From Verrucomicrobiota bacterium (GTDB taxonomy: Bacteria > Verrucomicrobiota > Verrucomicrobiia > Limisphaerales > SXQI01), in contig JANRLX010000011.1 in NCBI GenBank assembly GCA_033762115.1, positions 1-48,898 on the forward strand: DNA of 48,898 nucleotides, given 5' to 3'. Positions 19,597-29,763 of this stretch are shown here, piece by piece. The translations under genes and the position numbers were made by a program. The notes under the pieces were generated by a model, which saw only the letters and a program-made list of their open reading frames with translations, ran no database searches and had not been told where the DNA came from. The stretch's first letter is position 1. Each line of letters starts with the position of its first letter.

Positions 19597-21075
19597 ATGA
19601 AAAAAACAATTCTAATAGGAACCATTGCAGCTTTTGGCCTGTTTTCGGGTGGGGCAGGGGCGGCAGAAAAAGAAACGCCATTACCTTCCGGAGATCAAAC
19701 GGAGGGGTCCTGGAAAAAGGTGGTTCTGGAAGCGGACCATGACATTGATGGAGATGGGAAGATTGATGATTTCCTGAAAGACCCGATGGAACTGGCGGTA
19801 GCGAAGGATGGGCGGGTGTTTTACGCGGAACGGAACGGAATTGTGCGGGTGTGGTCGCCAGAAACAAAAAAATCAACGGAAGTGGCGAAGCTTACGGTTT
19901 TTCGGGATCTGGAGGATGGATTGCTGGGAATCACGCTTGATCCGAAGTTCATGGAAAACGGCTGGGTTTATCTTTATTACTCACCACCGGAAACCACAAA
20001 AGACGTGAATGGAAAGAAGGCTGGGGAAAACCGGGTGTCCCGTTTCACGTTCAAGGATGGAAAGCTGGAGCTGGGATCGGAAAAAATATTGGTGCGTGTC
20101 GCAACCCAGCGTGAGCAATGCTGTCACTCAGGCGGTTCGCTGAATTTTGATGCAGCAGGCAATCTGTACGTGAGCACGGGGGACAATACGAACCCATTTG
20201 AATCGGACGGGTTCAGCCCGATTGATGAGCGTGAAGGGCGGTCTCCGTGGGACGCGCAAAAATCTTCAGCGAACCCGAATGACCTTCGTGGCAAGATTTT
20301 GCGAGTGCATCCTGAACCGGATGGTTCGGTGACGATCCCCAAGGGGAACCTGTTTCCGCCGGGAACAGAAGGGACACGGCCGGAAATTTTCGCGATGGGA
20401 AATCGCAATCCGTTCCGGATCGGAATCGACCAGAAGAGCGGTTATGTGTATTGGGGGGATGTGGGTCCGGATGCAGGAGGGCATGATGCCAAACGGGGGC
20501 CGGCGGGTTTCGATGAGATCAACCAGACCCGGACAGCAGGGAATTTTGGCTGGCCGATGTTCATCGCGGACAACAAGCCGTATGTGGATTATAACTTCGC
20601 GACCAAGATGAGCGGATCGACGTTCAGCGCGACCAATCCGATCAACGATTCACCGAACAACACCGGGATAAAGGAACTGCCACCAGCGCAGGGAGCATTT
20701 ATTTATTATCCGCATTCGCCATCGACCCGGTTTCCGGCGGTGAATTTCGGCGGGGGACGGACATCAATGGCGGGACCGGTTTACTATTATAATAGCGAGG
20801 TCAAAGCAGGCTATAAAATGCCGAAGGAATTTGATCATACCCTGTTTATTTATGAATGGTCGAGGAACTGGGTTATTGCGGTGCATTTGAATGAGGAGGA
20901 GAAGATCGAGAAGATGGAGCGGATTTGGACAAAAATGACGTTCAAGAGGCCCATGGACATGGAACTGGGACCTGATGGAGCGCTTTATATTATCGAGTAC
21001 GGGACGAACTGGGCGGACAACAGGGATTCGCAAATTGTCAGGATGGAATATATACCCGGCCACGCGTCCAGGTAG
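19597..21075 (+). CDS. Secreted PQQ-dependent sugar dehydrogenase (glucose/sorbosone dehydrogenase family beta-propeller)
   Basis: Signal peptide; GLLGITLDPKF, CCHSGG, GDN, LRGKILR, GNRNPFR, GPDGALY. Confidence 0.88.
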   Translation: MKKTILIGTIAAFGLFSGGAGAAEKETPLPSGDQTEGSWKKVVLEADHDIDGDGKIDDFLKDPMELAVAKDGRVFYAERNGIVRVWSPETKKSTEVAKLTVFRDLEDGLLGITLDPKFMENGWVYLYYSPPETTKDVNGKKAGENRVSRFTFKDGKLELGSEKILVRVATQREQCCHSGGSLNFDAAGNLYVSTGDNTNPFESDGFSPIDEREGRSPWDAQKSSANPNDLRGKILRVHPEPDGSVTIPKGNLFPPGTEGTRPEIFAMGNRNPFRIGIDQKSGYVYWGDVGPDAGGHDAKRGPAGFDEINQTRTAGNFGWPMFIADNKPYVDYNFATKMSGSTFSATNPINDSPNNTGIKELPPAQGAFIYYPHSPSTRFPAVNFGGGRTSMAGPVYYYNSEVKAGYKMPKEFDHTLFIYEWSRNWVIAVHLNEEEKIEKMERIWTKMTFKRPMDMELGPDGALYIIEYGTNWADNRDSQIVRMEYIPGHASR

Positions 21076-21100
21076 CTGGAGGGATGATAAAAATAGTTGT

Positions 21101-21130
21101 AAAGCCGCCTTTCCGGGCGGCTTTTTTTTT
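21101..21130 (+). terminator. Intrinsic terminator
   Basis: AAAGCCGCC-TTTCCG-GGCGGC followed by T9. Confidence 0.9.
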
Positions 21131-21143
21131 GCTTAGGTAAGGC

Positions 21144-23309
21144 ATGGGCAAGAGAGGAAAGACGTCACTGCGGGTTTATTTGAGCGTCCTTGTCTGGACC
21201 AGCCTGGTGGCGATGTGCCTGGTGCTGATTTATTTCACCTGGTCACTGGCGCGCCTGGAACGAGCCCATGCGGAACAAAGTACCCTGAATCTGGCCGAAT
21301 TGGTTGCCAATAACGTTGTGCAATCACTTGAAGATGGAGAGAAGGTTTCTGCGACATTGGCGGAGAGGCCGATGATCCGGAAAATGGATGTGAATAGTCG
21401 TGATTCGGTGTTGAACGATTTTCTCAAATTTTACCCGCAATTCGCAAATTTGAACGTGATCAGCACAAACGGCTATGTGATTCATTCGGCGTTGCCAAAC
21501 AGAGAGCAGGTTTATCTTGGAGACCTGGAATATTTTGAGGAAGTGACGAACAAGGGAACGTTCGTGGTCAGCGAGGCGTTCGTGGGCAGGATCACAAAGA
21601 AATGGGTGGCGGTACTGGCCCGACCGATCCGAAACGAGGAGGGAGGAATTGTCGGGGTGTTAAGCCTGCCGGTGGATCTGGGACGTTACCAATCTGCATT
21701 CCGGGGGATTTCATTTTCCGCAGGCGGTGTCATCACGCTGATCGACCAGAAGGGAACCATCCTGGCGAGGTCACTCCAACCGGAAAAATATGTGGGACAA
21801 AATGTGCTGGGGAGCGATCTGGAATGGACAGTGAAGAATGAAGTGCGAGGAATTCGCACGTTGCGCGGGGCGGATGGAGTGAAACGGATTGTGAGTTACC
21901 TGACGATCCCAAAGGCAAACTGGCATGTGCATGCGGGGGTGCCGACTGACACGGCATTTGCGATGGTCCAGAAAGTGATCAGCAGTTCATTGTTCATCGC
22001 CATTTTCACACTGATCTGCCTGAGCATCGTGACAGGAATCCTGACACGCAAGATCCGTTTGCCGGTGGAGGCGTTGTCTGAGGCTGTGACGAAAGCCACT
22101 GAAGGAAAACTGGGGCATCGATTGAGTGTGGAAGGACCAGCGGAACTCTCGGTGCTGGGGGAAAAATTCAACCAGATGCTGGAAGTGCGGGCGCAATCAG
22201 AACTGGCATTGGCGAAGGAAGCAGCTGAGTTGAAACGGACCAGGGATGAATTGCAAAGCAACCGGAACCTGCTGCAGGCGATCCTTGACCACTCCTCTGC
22301 GTTAATTTGCGTGAAGGGCCTGGACCGAAAATATCTGCTGGTGAACCGGCAATTTGAAAAGGTTTTTGGGCGGTTGCACTCGGTGATCGGGTTGACGGAT
22401 GAGGCGGTTTTTCCCAGTGCGCTGGCGAAGCGATTAAAAGGGTATGAGGACGCCGCGATCGAGGGACGAAAGGTGATCGAGCAGGTGGAATCGATCCAGC
22501 ATGAAGGGAGGACGCATTATTATCTTTCGTTGAAATTCCCGCTGATTTCCGCATCCGGAGAGGTGTACGCCATTTGCGGGCATAGCACGAATATCACGGA
22601 ATTGATCGAGAGCGAAAAGAACCTGCGGGAGGCAAAGAATGATCTTGAGCAGTTGTCGCATCGATTGCTGCACTTGCAGGAAAAAGAGAGAAAGCATCTC
22701 GCGCGGGAATTGCATGATGAGGTGGGGCAAGGATTGACTGCGCTGATGTTGAATCTGCATGAGGTGGAGCGTTTTCGTGATGATGCGACCTTGAGCAAGC
22801 GTTTGCCTGACAGCATTGCGCTGGTGGATCGAATTTTGCAGCAGGTGCGGACGATGTCGCTGGAATTAAGGCCGCCGTTACTGGATGAACTGGGATTGGT
22901 GCCAGCATTGAAATGGCATGTCAGCCGGATGAAGGAACGGGCGAACCTGCGAATCGATTTTGAAGCGGATGAGATGTTGCCGCGATTGAATCCGGACGTG
23001 GAGATCGCCTGTTTCCGGGTGAGCCAGGAGGCATTGACCAATATCATCCGGCATGCAAAAGCAACGCAGGCGGATATCCGTCTGAGGGTAGCGGGAGAAA
23101 CGGTTCATCTGTTGATAAAGGATAATGGGATCGGGTTCGACACCGAAAAAGGGCGGGCCCAGCAGGTGCATAGTTCCGGGTGGATCGGAATGCAGGAACG
23201 GGTGAAGATTGTGGGAGGGCAGTTCCTGAGCAACTCAGTCCCCGGCGAGGGAACAACGATTGAAGCGTGGTTTCCGGTAAAGGACCCGACACATGAAGGA
23301 AAAGCCTAA
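21144..23309 (+). CDS. Sensor histidine kinase (dCache-HAMP-PAS-HisKA_3-HATPase)
   Basis: Two TM helices flanking a Cache-like domain, HAMP, PAS (YLLVNRQFE), ARELHDEVGQ, QEALTNIIRHA, DNGIGF. Confidence 0.93.
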   Translation: MGKRGKTSLRVYLSVLVWTSLVAMCLVLIYFTWSLARLERAHAEQSTLNLAELVANNVVQSLEDGEKVSATLAERPMIRKMDVNSRDSVLNDFLKFYPQFANLNVISTNGYVIHSALPNREQVYLGDLEYFEEVTNKGTFVVSEAFVGRITKKWVAVLARPIRNEEGGIVGVLSLPVDLGRYQSAFRGISFSAGGVITLIDQKGTILARSLQPEKYVGQNVLGSDLEWTVKNEVRGIRTLRGADGVKRIVSYLTIPKANWHVHAGVPTDTAFAMVQKVISSSLFIAIFTLICLSIVTGILTRKIRLPVEALSEAVTKATEGKLGHRLSVEGPAELSVLGEKFNQMLEVRAQSELALAKEAAELKRTRDELQSNRNLLQAILDHSSALICVKGLDRKYLLVNRQFEKVFGRLHSVIGLTDEAVFPSALAKRLKGYEDAAIEGRKVIEQVESIQHEGRTHYYLSLKFPLISASGEVYAICGHSTNITELIESEKNLREAKNDLEQLSHRLLHLQEKERKHLARELHDEVGQGLTALMLNLHEVERFRDDATLSKRLPDSIALVDRILQQVRTMSLELRPPLLDELGLVPALKWHVSRMKERANLRIDFEADEMLPRLNPDVEIACFRVSQEALTNIIRHAKATQADIRLRVAGETVHLLIKDNGIGFDTEKGRAQQVHSSGWIGMQERVKIVGGQFLSNSVPGEGTTIEAWFPVKDPTHEGKA

Positions 23310-23964
23310 CCAGAGGAAGCAATCGATCCTCCTTGTGGATGATCATGAACTGGTGCGGCAGGGGCTGGCCGCGCTGCTGCAACGATTGCGTCACGTGGAA
23401 GTGATTGGGGAAGCCGGGTCAGGAAAGGAAGCGCTGGAGCAGATGCGCCAGAAGGCGCCGGACATTATATTGATGGATTTGGCAATGGAAGGGATGAATG
23501 GATTGCTGGCGGCGGCGCAAATCAAAAGGGAATATCCGGAAACAAAAATCATGATTCTGTCCATGCACGCGGATGAATCGTATGTGCTGGAAGCGTTTCG
23601 TGCCGGGGCTGTGGGGTATCTGCTAAAGAGCAATGCGATGCAGGATCTGGAGGCGGGGCTGGAGGCGATTTCACAGGATGAAACCTACCTGAGCCCGGCG
23701 ATTTCAACGCAGGTGTTGAAGGACCATTTGAAGCAGGGGACGGTGCCTCCGGGACCGTTTGATGCGCTCACGGAACGGCAGCGGGAAATTTTGCAGTTGG
23801 TGGCGCAGGGAAAAAACACCAAGGAAATCGCGTTCCTGCTGAACATCAGTACCAAAACGGTGGAAGCGCACCGGGCGCAGGGAATGGCGCGGCTGGGGTT
23901 GCATGATGTGCCATCACTGGTGCATCTGGCGATGAAGCATAGATTGCTTTCGCGTGAGGGTTAA
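23293..23964 (+). CDS. NarL/LuxR-family response regulator
   Basis: LVDDHELVRQG, PDIILMD, GYLLK, LTERQREIL...KTVEAHR; overlaps the kinase gene. Confidence 0.95.
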   Translation: MKEKPNQRKQSILLVDDHELVRQGLAALLQRLRHVEVIGEAGSGKEALEQMRQKAPDIILMDLAMEGMNGLLAAAQIKREYPETKIMILSMHADESYVLEAFRAGAVGYLLKSNAMQDLEAGLEAISQDETYLSPAISTQVLKDHLKQGTVPPGPFDALTERQREILQLVAQGKNTKEIAFLLNISTKTVEAHRAQGMARLGLHDVPSLVHLAMKHRLLSREG

Positions 23965-24006
23965 GAGGGCGCTCGCGAAATTGAACGGTCCCTGTTACCC
24001 TGCTGC

Positions 24007-24576
24007 ATGCGAATTATCGGAGGCACAGCAGGTGGAAGGGTCTTGAAAGTGCCGAAAGGTTTTGATGTGCGGCCCACGCCGGACCTGGTGAAACAGGCGG
24101 TGTTTAACAGCCTGGGGGAAAGGGTAACGGGAGCGGAGGTGCTGGAACTTTTCGGGGGGAGCGGGGCATTGGGTTTCGAGGCGTTGAGTCGCGGTGCAGC
24201 GCATGTGATCTGCGTGGAAAAGGCGGCCCGGCATGCGCGAATGATCCAGGATAATTATGCCTCCCTGGGACTGGAGCGGCACCTTTTCGAAATGAGGGTG
24301 CAGGATGCGTTTGTGGCAATCGGGCAATTGCGAACAGCGGAGCGAAGTTTTGAATTGATCCTGGCTGATCCTCCGTATGGGGAAAAAAATGTTGGGAAGC
24401 GTTCAGAGTCGTTCGCTCAAAAAATGTTGGATGATCCAAACCTGCCGATGCTGCTCAAACCGGGGGGATTACTGGTGATGGGACATTCCAAAAGAGACAG
24501 TCTGGATTTTGGCAGCTGGCAGGAATCGAAGACCCTGAAGCATGGCGATTCCCTTTTCCGATTTTTGGAACGTTGA
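24007..24576 (+). CDS. rsmD: 16S rRNA m2G966 methyltransferase
   Basis: MRIIGG, VRPTPD, LELFGGSGALGFEALSRGA, DPPY. Confidence 0.92.
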   Translation: MRIIGGTAGGRVLKVPKGFDVRPTPDLVKQAVFNSLGERVTGAEVLELFGGSGALGFEALSRGAAHVICVEKAARHARMIQDNYASLGLERHLFEMRVQDAFVAIGQLRTAERSFELILADPPYGEKNVGKRSESFAQKMLDDPNLPMLLKPGGLLVMGHSKRDSLDFGSWQESKTLKHGDSLFRFLER

Positions 24577-24624
24577 GAGATTCTGCGGGACGGCGCTGAG
24601 AAAGCCGCTATATTCCTCGGCTTT

Positions 24625-25731
24625 ATGATCGTGAAGGTTGGAAAACGAAAAGAGCATTTCAGAACGGTCAGCTTTGACGCGAAACGGAACGAGGTCGTCC
24701 TGATCGAGCAGCGGTTGCTTCCGCACGAGTTCAAGCTGGTGCGTATGCGGGATTACAAAGCCACAGCAGCAGCGATTACGGATATGGTGGTGCGTGGCGC
24801 GGGAGCCATCGGGGCGACTGCCGCGTATGGATTGGCCCAGGGGTTGAGGATGTTTAAAGGGACTAGTGAATGGCAATTCGAAAAGCACCTCGCGAAGGTT
24901 TATGACACGCTGGCAACGGCGCGTCCGACTGCGGTGGACCCGGTAAATGCAATGGATGCCATCCGAGCGGAACTTGAGTCGATCAACGGCATTCCAGAAA
25001 AGCAGGAAGCGGCATTGCAGGCGGCGGAACGATTTGCCGAGGAGGATGTGGAACATTGCCAACAGATCGGGGAGCATGGGCGCGACCTGATTAAAAACGG
25101 GATGCGGATTTTAACCCATTGTAATGCGGGGTGGCTTGCTTTTGTGGATATGGGATCGGCGACAGCTCCGCTTTATGCAGCGCAACGGCAGGGAAAACAG
25201 TTTCATGTGTATGTGAGCGAAACCCGGCCCCGGTCACAAGGAGCAACATTGACAGCATGGGAACTGGCACAGGAAGGAGTTTCCCACCAGATCATTGCGG
25301 ATAATGCAGCGGGGCACCTGATGCAGCGCGGAATGGTTGACCTCGTGATCGTGGGAAGTGACCGCACCCTCGGGCGGACTGGTGAGGTGGCAAACAAGAT
25401 CGGCACTTACACGCGAGCAGTTCTCGCGGCGAGGCATGGAATCCCTTTTTATGTTGCCATTCCCCTTTCAACAATTGATTGGAAGCTGGCTTCAGGGATG
25501 GAGATTCCAATTGAAGAGCGGCATTCGGACGAGGTGCTGGGGGCGTGGGGTGTTGATGAAAAAGGAAAGCGGCAATTTGTGCGAGTTGCCAATCCCGGCA
25601 GTGAAGCCTGCAATCCCGGCTTTGACGTGACCCCTGCGGAGTTGATCAAGGGAATCATCACACCGGCAGGTGTGTTCAAGCCAAAAGAGCTCTGGAAAAA
25701 ACGGGCCTCGCTTGGTTTTTCAACTGAATAA
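24625..25731 (+). CDS. mtnA: S-methyl-5-thioribose-1-phosphate isomerase
   Basis: MVVRGAGAIG, RPTAV, LTHCNAGWLA, ETRPRSQG, ANKIGTY, NPGFDVTP. Confidence 0.94.
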   Translation: MIVKVGKRKEHFRTVSFDAKRNEVVLIEQRLLPHEFKLVRMRDYKATAAAITDMVVRGAGAIGATAAYGLAQGLRMFKGTSEWQFEKHLAKVYDTLATARPTAVDPVNAMDAIRAELESINGIPEKQEAALQAAERFAEEDVEHCQQIGEHGRDLIKNGMRILTHCNAGWLAFVDMGSATAPLYAAQRQGKQFHVYVSETRPRSQGATLTAWELAQEGVSHQIIADNAAGHLMQRGMVDLVIVGSDRTLGRTGEVANKIGTYTRAVLAARHGIPFYVAIPLSTIDWKLASGMEIPIEERHSDEVLGAWGVDEKGKRQFVRVANPGSEACNPGFDVTPAELIKGIITPAGVFKPKELWKKRASLGFSTE

Positions 25732-25746
25732 TTAATTTTTCGAACA

Positions 25747-25787
25747 AAATTCATGGAGCTTGACCATGAATTTGGGATGGCTATTGT
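25747..25787 (+). promoter_or_regulatory. Putative promoter with an overlapping 10-bp inverted repeat
   Basis: AAATTCATGG-N7-CCATGAATTT (25747-25773) overlaps TTGACC (25760-25765); TATTGT at 25782-25787. Confidence 0.5.
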
Positions 25788-25820
25788 CGCGCTAATCGCG
25801 AGCAGTCCAAAACTGATTAT

Positions 25821-26570
25821 ATGAATTCATTTGCTGTACGTACAGCCTTGTTGCTTCCCTTTTTGACATTGAGCGCCGGGGATGTGAATGCCCAGGATGC
25901 CAGCACCAACCAGCCTCCAAAACCGAAGTGGGAAACCTCGGCTGCGGTGGGGGCCACGGTGACCCAGGGGAACAGTGATTCCACCCTGCTGACAATGAAT
26001 ATCCTCAGCCGGAAAAACTGGGACAAGAACGAGTTGAGCCTGGGAGCGGATGCTGCCTATGGCGAGACAGAAAATGTCAAAAGCTCGGAAACAGCCCATG
26101 CCTTTGCCCAGTACAACCGCCTGTGGAGTGATCGAATGTTCGGTTATTTGCGGTTGGACGGATTGCATGATGATATCGCGGACATTGATTATCGTCTGAC
26201 GGTCAGCCCTGGTCTCGGTTATTACCTTGTGAAAAATGAGATCACGAAATTGAGTGTGGAAGCGGGTCCGGCCTTTATTTATGAGAAGCAAGGCGGAGAC
26301 ACTGAAGGTTATATGACCCTGCGCCTGGCGGAACGTTTCGAACATCAATTCAATGATAAAGTCCGGATGTGGCAATCGGCGGAATATCTGCCGCAGGTGG
26401 ACAATTTTGAAAATTTCCTGCTGAACGCGGAGGTGGGCGTGGAAGCTGTCCTGACGAAGCGTGTTTCGCTGCGGGTGTTTGCCGTGGATAATTACGACAA
26501 CGAACCGGCCCCTGGCCGCAAGGAAAATGACCTGAAATTCGTGACAGCGATTGCCTATACCTTTAAATAG
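25821..26570 (+). CDS. DUF481 (YdiY-like) outer-membrane beta-barrel protein
   Basis: Signal peptide, TQGNSDS, amphipathic beta-strands, [14 protein letters not shown]-terminal Y-x-F. Confidence 0.85.
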   Translation: MNSFAVRTALLLPFLTLSAGDVNAQDASTNQPPKPKWETSAAVGATVTQGNSDSTLLTMNILSRKNWDKNELSLGADAAYGETENVKSSETAHAFAQYNRLWSDRMFGYLRLDGLHDDIADIDYRLTVSPGLGYYLVKNEITKLSVEAGPAFIYEKQGGDTEGYMTLRLAERFEHQFNDKVRMWQSAEYLPQVDNFENFLLNAEVGVEAVLTKRVSLRVFAVDNYDNEPAPGRKENDLKFVTAIAYTFK

Positions 26571-26575
26571 CTTTT

Positions 26576-27001
26576 ATGAGCCTGATCCAGGAGTTTAAAA
26601 AATTCGCGCTGCGAGGCAATGTGGTTGATCTGGCAGTCGGCGTGATCATCGGTGCGGCATTCGGAAAAATTGTCAGCTCGCTGGTGGATGACATCATCAT
26701 GCCGCCGATTGGCCGGGTGCTGGGCGGAGTCGATTTCAGAGACCTTTTTTATACGCTGAACGGGCAAGCGTACCAAAGCCTTGACGCTGCGAAAAAAGCA
26801 GGGGCGCCGGTGATTGCGTATGGGCAGTTTTTCAACCATCTGCTGAATTTTCTCATTGTCGCCTTCTGCGTTTTCATGCTGGTCAAAGGGATGAACAAGC
26901 TGGTGAAAAAGGAGGAGCAAAAACCGGCTCCCCCTCCCCCACCCAGCGCCCAGGAAAAGTTGCTGGCGGAAATCCGCGATCTTCTGAAGGAAGCAAAGTA
27001 A
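26576..27001 (+). CDS. mscL: Large-conductance mechanosensitive channel
   Basis: [37 protein letters not shown]. Confidence 0.97.
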   Translation: MSLIQEFKKFALRGNVVDLAVGVIIGAAFGKIVSSLVDDIIMPPIGRVLGGVDFRDLFYTLNGQAYQSLDAAKKAGAPVIAYGQFFNHLLNFLIVAFCVFMLVKGMNKLVKKEEQKPAPPPPPSAQEKLLAEIRDLLKEAK

Positions 27002-27012
27002 GCAGCAGGTTT

Positions 27013-27450
27013 ATGCCGGTTGTTCACGTCATTGCCGACGAGCAGATCAATGAATGCTGGCCGGTGATGCGACAATTGCGGCCGCACCTCAAGGAAAGTG
27101 AGTTCTGCGGACTGGTGAAACGGCAAATGAGCGAAGGGTATCGCTTAAGCTATGTTCGTGAAGAGGGGAACGTGATGGCGGTAACGGGTTATCGCATCCT
27201 GCACAACCTTGCATGGGGCCGCTTCTGTTATGTGGATGATTTAATTACCGCTGAGGAGCATCGATCCAAAGGGCATGGCGCTGAGCTGTTGCGGTATCTC
27301 AGAAAATTTTGCGTTGAACAGAGATGCGAACGGTTGGAACTGGACTCAGGAGTCCAGCGAAAGGATGCGCACCGGTTTTATCTGCGTGAAGGGATGGAAA
27401 TCAGCAGTCATCATTTTTCACAGCGGATCCAGCCTGGAACCACCGGTTAA
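27013..27450 (+). CDS. GNAT-family N-acetyltransferase
   Basis: YVDDLIT...RSKGHG, LDSGVQR.DAHRFY. Confidence 0.9.
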   Translation: MPVVHVIADEQINECWPVMRQLRPHLKESEFCGLVKRQMSEGYRLSYVREEGNVMAVTGYRILHNLAWGRFCYVDDLITAEEHRSKGHGAELLRYLRKFCVEQRCERLELDSGVQRKDAHRFYLREGMEISSHHFSQRIQPGTTG

Positions 27451-29630
27451 GCTGAGGCTTTTCTTTTCGCCGGGCCAGCGCTCCTTCCGTTGGCATCAAA
27501 TTCCTGTGGCTTGTTGGCCAGTTCCACTTCAGTGAATGCCGGAAGCGCGGAGGAGGATTTGCTTTGCCGGGATTTTTTCAGGGCAATCTTGATGAATTCC
27601 GGCTGACTGCGATGGAGCTTCTCCCCTTTTTTTGGATGAGCCAATTTATAGGTTCCATCAGGCATGAGGAAGCAGCTTTTCACATTGTCCTGCAAGGTCA
27701 CTGCAAGAATTTCCTGGGCGATCCGGTCCCGTAAACGGCCATCTTCAATGGGAAAAACGACTTCGATGCGCTTGAAAAAGTTGCGCGGCATCCAATCGGC
27801 GCTGCCGACAAAAATCTCCGGACGGCAGGCATTTTCAAAATAAAAAATCCGGCTGTGTTCGAGAAAACGATCCACGATGCTGCGGACACGAATGCGTTCA
27901 CTCAAGCCTTTGATGCCCACACGGAGACAACAGATGCCGCGAACGATCAGGTCCACCTCGACACCTGCCTGGGAAGCTTCATAAAGAGCATTGATCAACT
28001 GCGGGTCCACAAGCGAATTCATTTTGGCAATGATCCGCGCTGGCAATCCTTTTTGGGCATTCTCTTTCTCGCGCTGCACAAGTTGAAGCATCCGGTCATG
28101 CAATTGGAATGGAGCGACGAGGAATTTCTGAGTTCCCTGGAATTGACAGATGCCAGTGAGCAGATTGAAAAGATTCGTTGAATCTTCTCCGAACGCGGGA
28201 TTGCAGGTGAAGAGACTCAGGTCGGTATAAAGCCGGGCCGTGGTGACGTTGTAGTTGCCGGTGCCGAGGTGGAGGTAGCGGCGAATGCCATCATCATCCC
28301 GCCGAACGACCAACGCGACCTTGGCATGGATTTTAAAGCCGACGAGGCCGTAAACTACATGAACGCCTGCCTCCTCAAGGCGCCCGGCCCAGAGGATATT
28401 ATTCGCCTCATCGAACCGAGCCCGCAACTCCACCACCACTGTGACCTGTTTTCCATTCTTCACCGCGTTCATGAGAGCGCCGACGATGCGGGGATCGCCA
28501 CCGGTGCGGTAGAGAGTTTGCTTGATCGCAAGGACGTTGGGATCGGCGGCGGCCTGTTCCAGAAAGTCAACCACACTGCTGAAATTTTCGTAGGGATGGT
28601 GGAGCAGGATGTCCCCTTCGCGAATGGCGGCAAAAAGATCGGTCCTGTCGCGCAGGGGCATGGCAACCGGAGCAACGAAAGGGGGATCGCGAAGTTCGGG
28701 GGAATGGTCCCCTTCGTAAAGAGCCATCAGGCGGGTGGCATTGAGCGGCCCATCAATGATATAAAGATCATCCTCCGAGAGGCGAAGGGTTGACAGGAGG
28801 GTATCGCGGAGTTCGGTCGGGCAATCATGCTCAACCTCGAGACGGACGGCATCTCCTTTGCGCCGATTATGGAGCTCGTTCTCAACCGCCTTGAGAAGGT
28901 TGGCGACTTCCTCCTCATCGATGTAGAGCTCGCTGTTGCGAGTAACGCGGAAATGCCAGTATCCAAGAATGGTGGTGCCTGGAAAAATATCTGCAAGGTA
29001 ATGGCCGATGAGATGTCCTAGATAAATGTATTCCTGGTTGGAGTTCTGGCGGGGAAGTTTGACCAGGCGCGGGAGCACACGGGGAACCTGCACTACTGCC
29101 AGGTGCTTGAGTTTTTCATTCTCCTGCTGCATCTCAAGTTGAACAATCATGTTCAACGATTTGTTGAGGAGTTGTGGGAATGGGTGGGCCGGGTCGATGG
29201 CCAGAGGAGTAAGGACAGGGCGAACCTGTGAATGGTAGTAATTATCGACCCATTGCCGGTCCGCTTTTGAGAGTTCCTCAAAGGAACGAAGATGAATTCC
29301 TTTTTCAGCAAGGCCGGGGAGAAGTTCGTTCCTCCAGCAGCGGTATTGCAATTCGACCATCCGGCGAACGCGCCGGGTGATGGCACGAAATGTTTCCGTG
29401 GCCGTCAATCCATCAATGCTCCGCTCGACGACATCACTTTCGATCTGTTGCTTGATGCCAGCGACGCGGACTTCGAAAAATTCATCAAGGTTCGAGCTGA
29501 CGATGCAGAAAAATTTGACCCTTTCTAGCAAAGGATTCCTGCGATCAAGCGCCTGGTCCAAAACCCGTTGGTTGAACTCAAGCCAACTGAGTTCACGGTT
29601 ATGATATTTAGGTGGAACAATCCGACTCAT
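27447..29630 (-). CDS. ppk1: Polyphosphate kinase 1
   Basis: NRELSWLEFNQRVL, SNLDEFFEVRVAG, LLHHPY, IKQTLYR, HAK, FLEHSR, SADWMPRN. Confidence 0.97.
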   Translation of the reverse strand: MSRIVPPKYHNRELSWLEFNQRVLDQALDRRNPLLERVKFFCIVSSNLDEFFEVRVAGIKQQIESDVVERSIDGLTATETFRAITRRVRRMVELQYRCWRNELLPGLAEKGIHLRSFEELSKADRQWVDNYYHSQVRPVLTPLAIDPAHPFPQLLNKSLNMIVQLEMQQENEKLKHLAVVQVPRVLPRLVKLPRQNSNQEYIYLGHLIGHYLADIFPGTTILGYWHFRVTRNSELYIDEEEVANLLKAVENELHNRRKGDAVRLEVEHDCPTELRDTLLSTLRLSEDDLYIIDGPLNATRLMALYEGDHSPELRDPPFVAPVAMPLRDRTDLFAAIREGDILLHHPYENFSSVVDFLEQAAADPNVLAIKQTLYRTGGDPRIVGALMNAVKNGKQVTVVVELRARFDEANNILWAGRLEEAGVHVVYGLVGFKIHAKVALVVRRDDDGIRRYLHLGTGNYNVTTARLYTDLSLFTCNPAFGEDSTNLFNLLTGICQFQGTQKFLVAPFQLHDRMLQLVQREKENAQKGLPARIIAKMNSLVDPQLINALYEASQAGVEVDLIVRGICCLRVGIKGLSERIRVRSIVDRFLEHSRIFYFENACRPEIFVGSADWMPRNFFKRIEVVFPIEDGRLRDRIAQEILAVTLQDNVKSCFLMPDGTYKLAHPKKGEKLHRSQPEFIKIALKKSRQSKSSSALPAFTEVELANKPQEFDANGRSAGPAKRKASA

Positions 29631-29712
29631 GCGTATTCAAACTGAACTCTTGAGCGTATAAGCCGAAATCAAGCAAGCCAAGCAGCCGATTGTTACATTT
29701 TTAAAGTACAGT

Positions 29713-29742
29713 AAAAACCCGCCGGTGTGCATCCGGCGGGTT
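29713..29742 (-). terminator. Intrinsic terminator of the 29764-30204 gene
   Basis: AACCCGCCGG stem with U tract on the minus strand (plus strand AAAAACCCGCCGG-TGTGCAT-CCGGCGGGTT). Confidence 0.85.
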
Positions 29743-29763
29743 GCCCAGTTCCTCCCAAACAGG

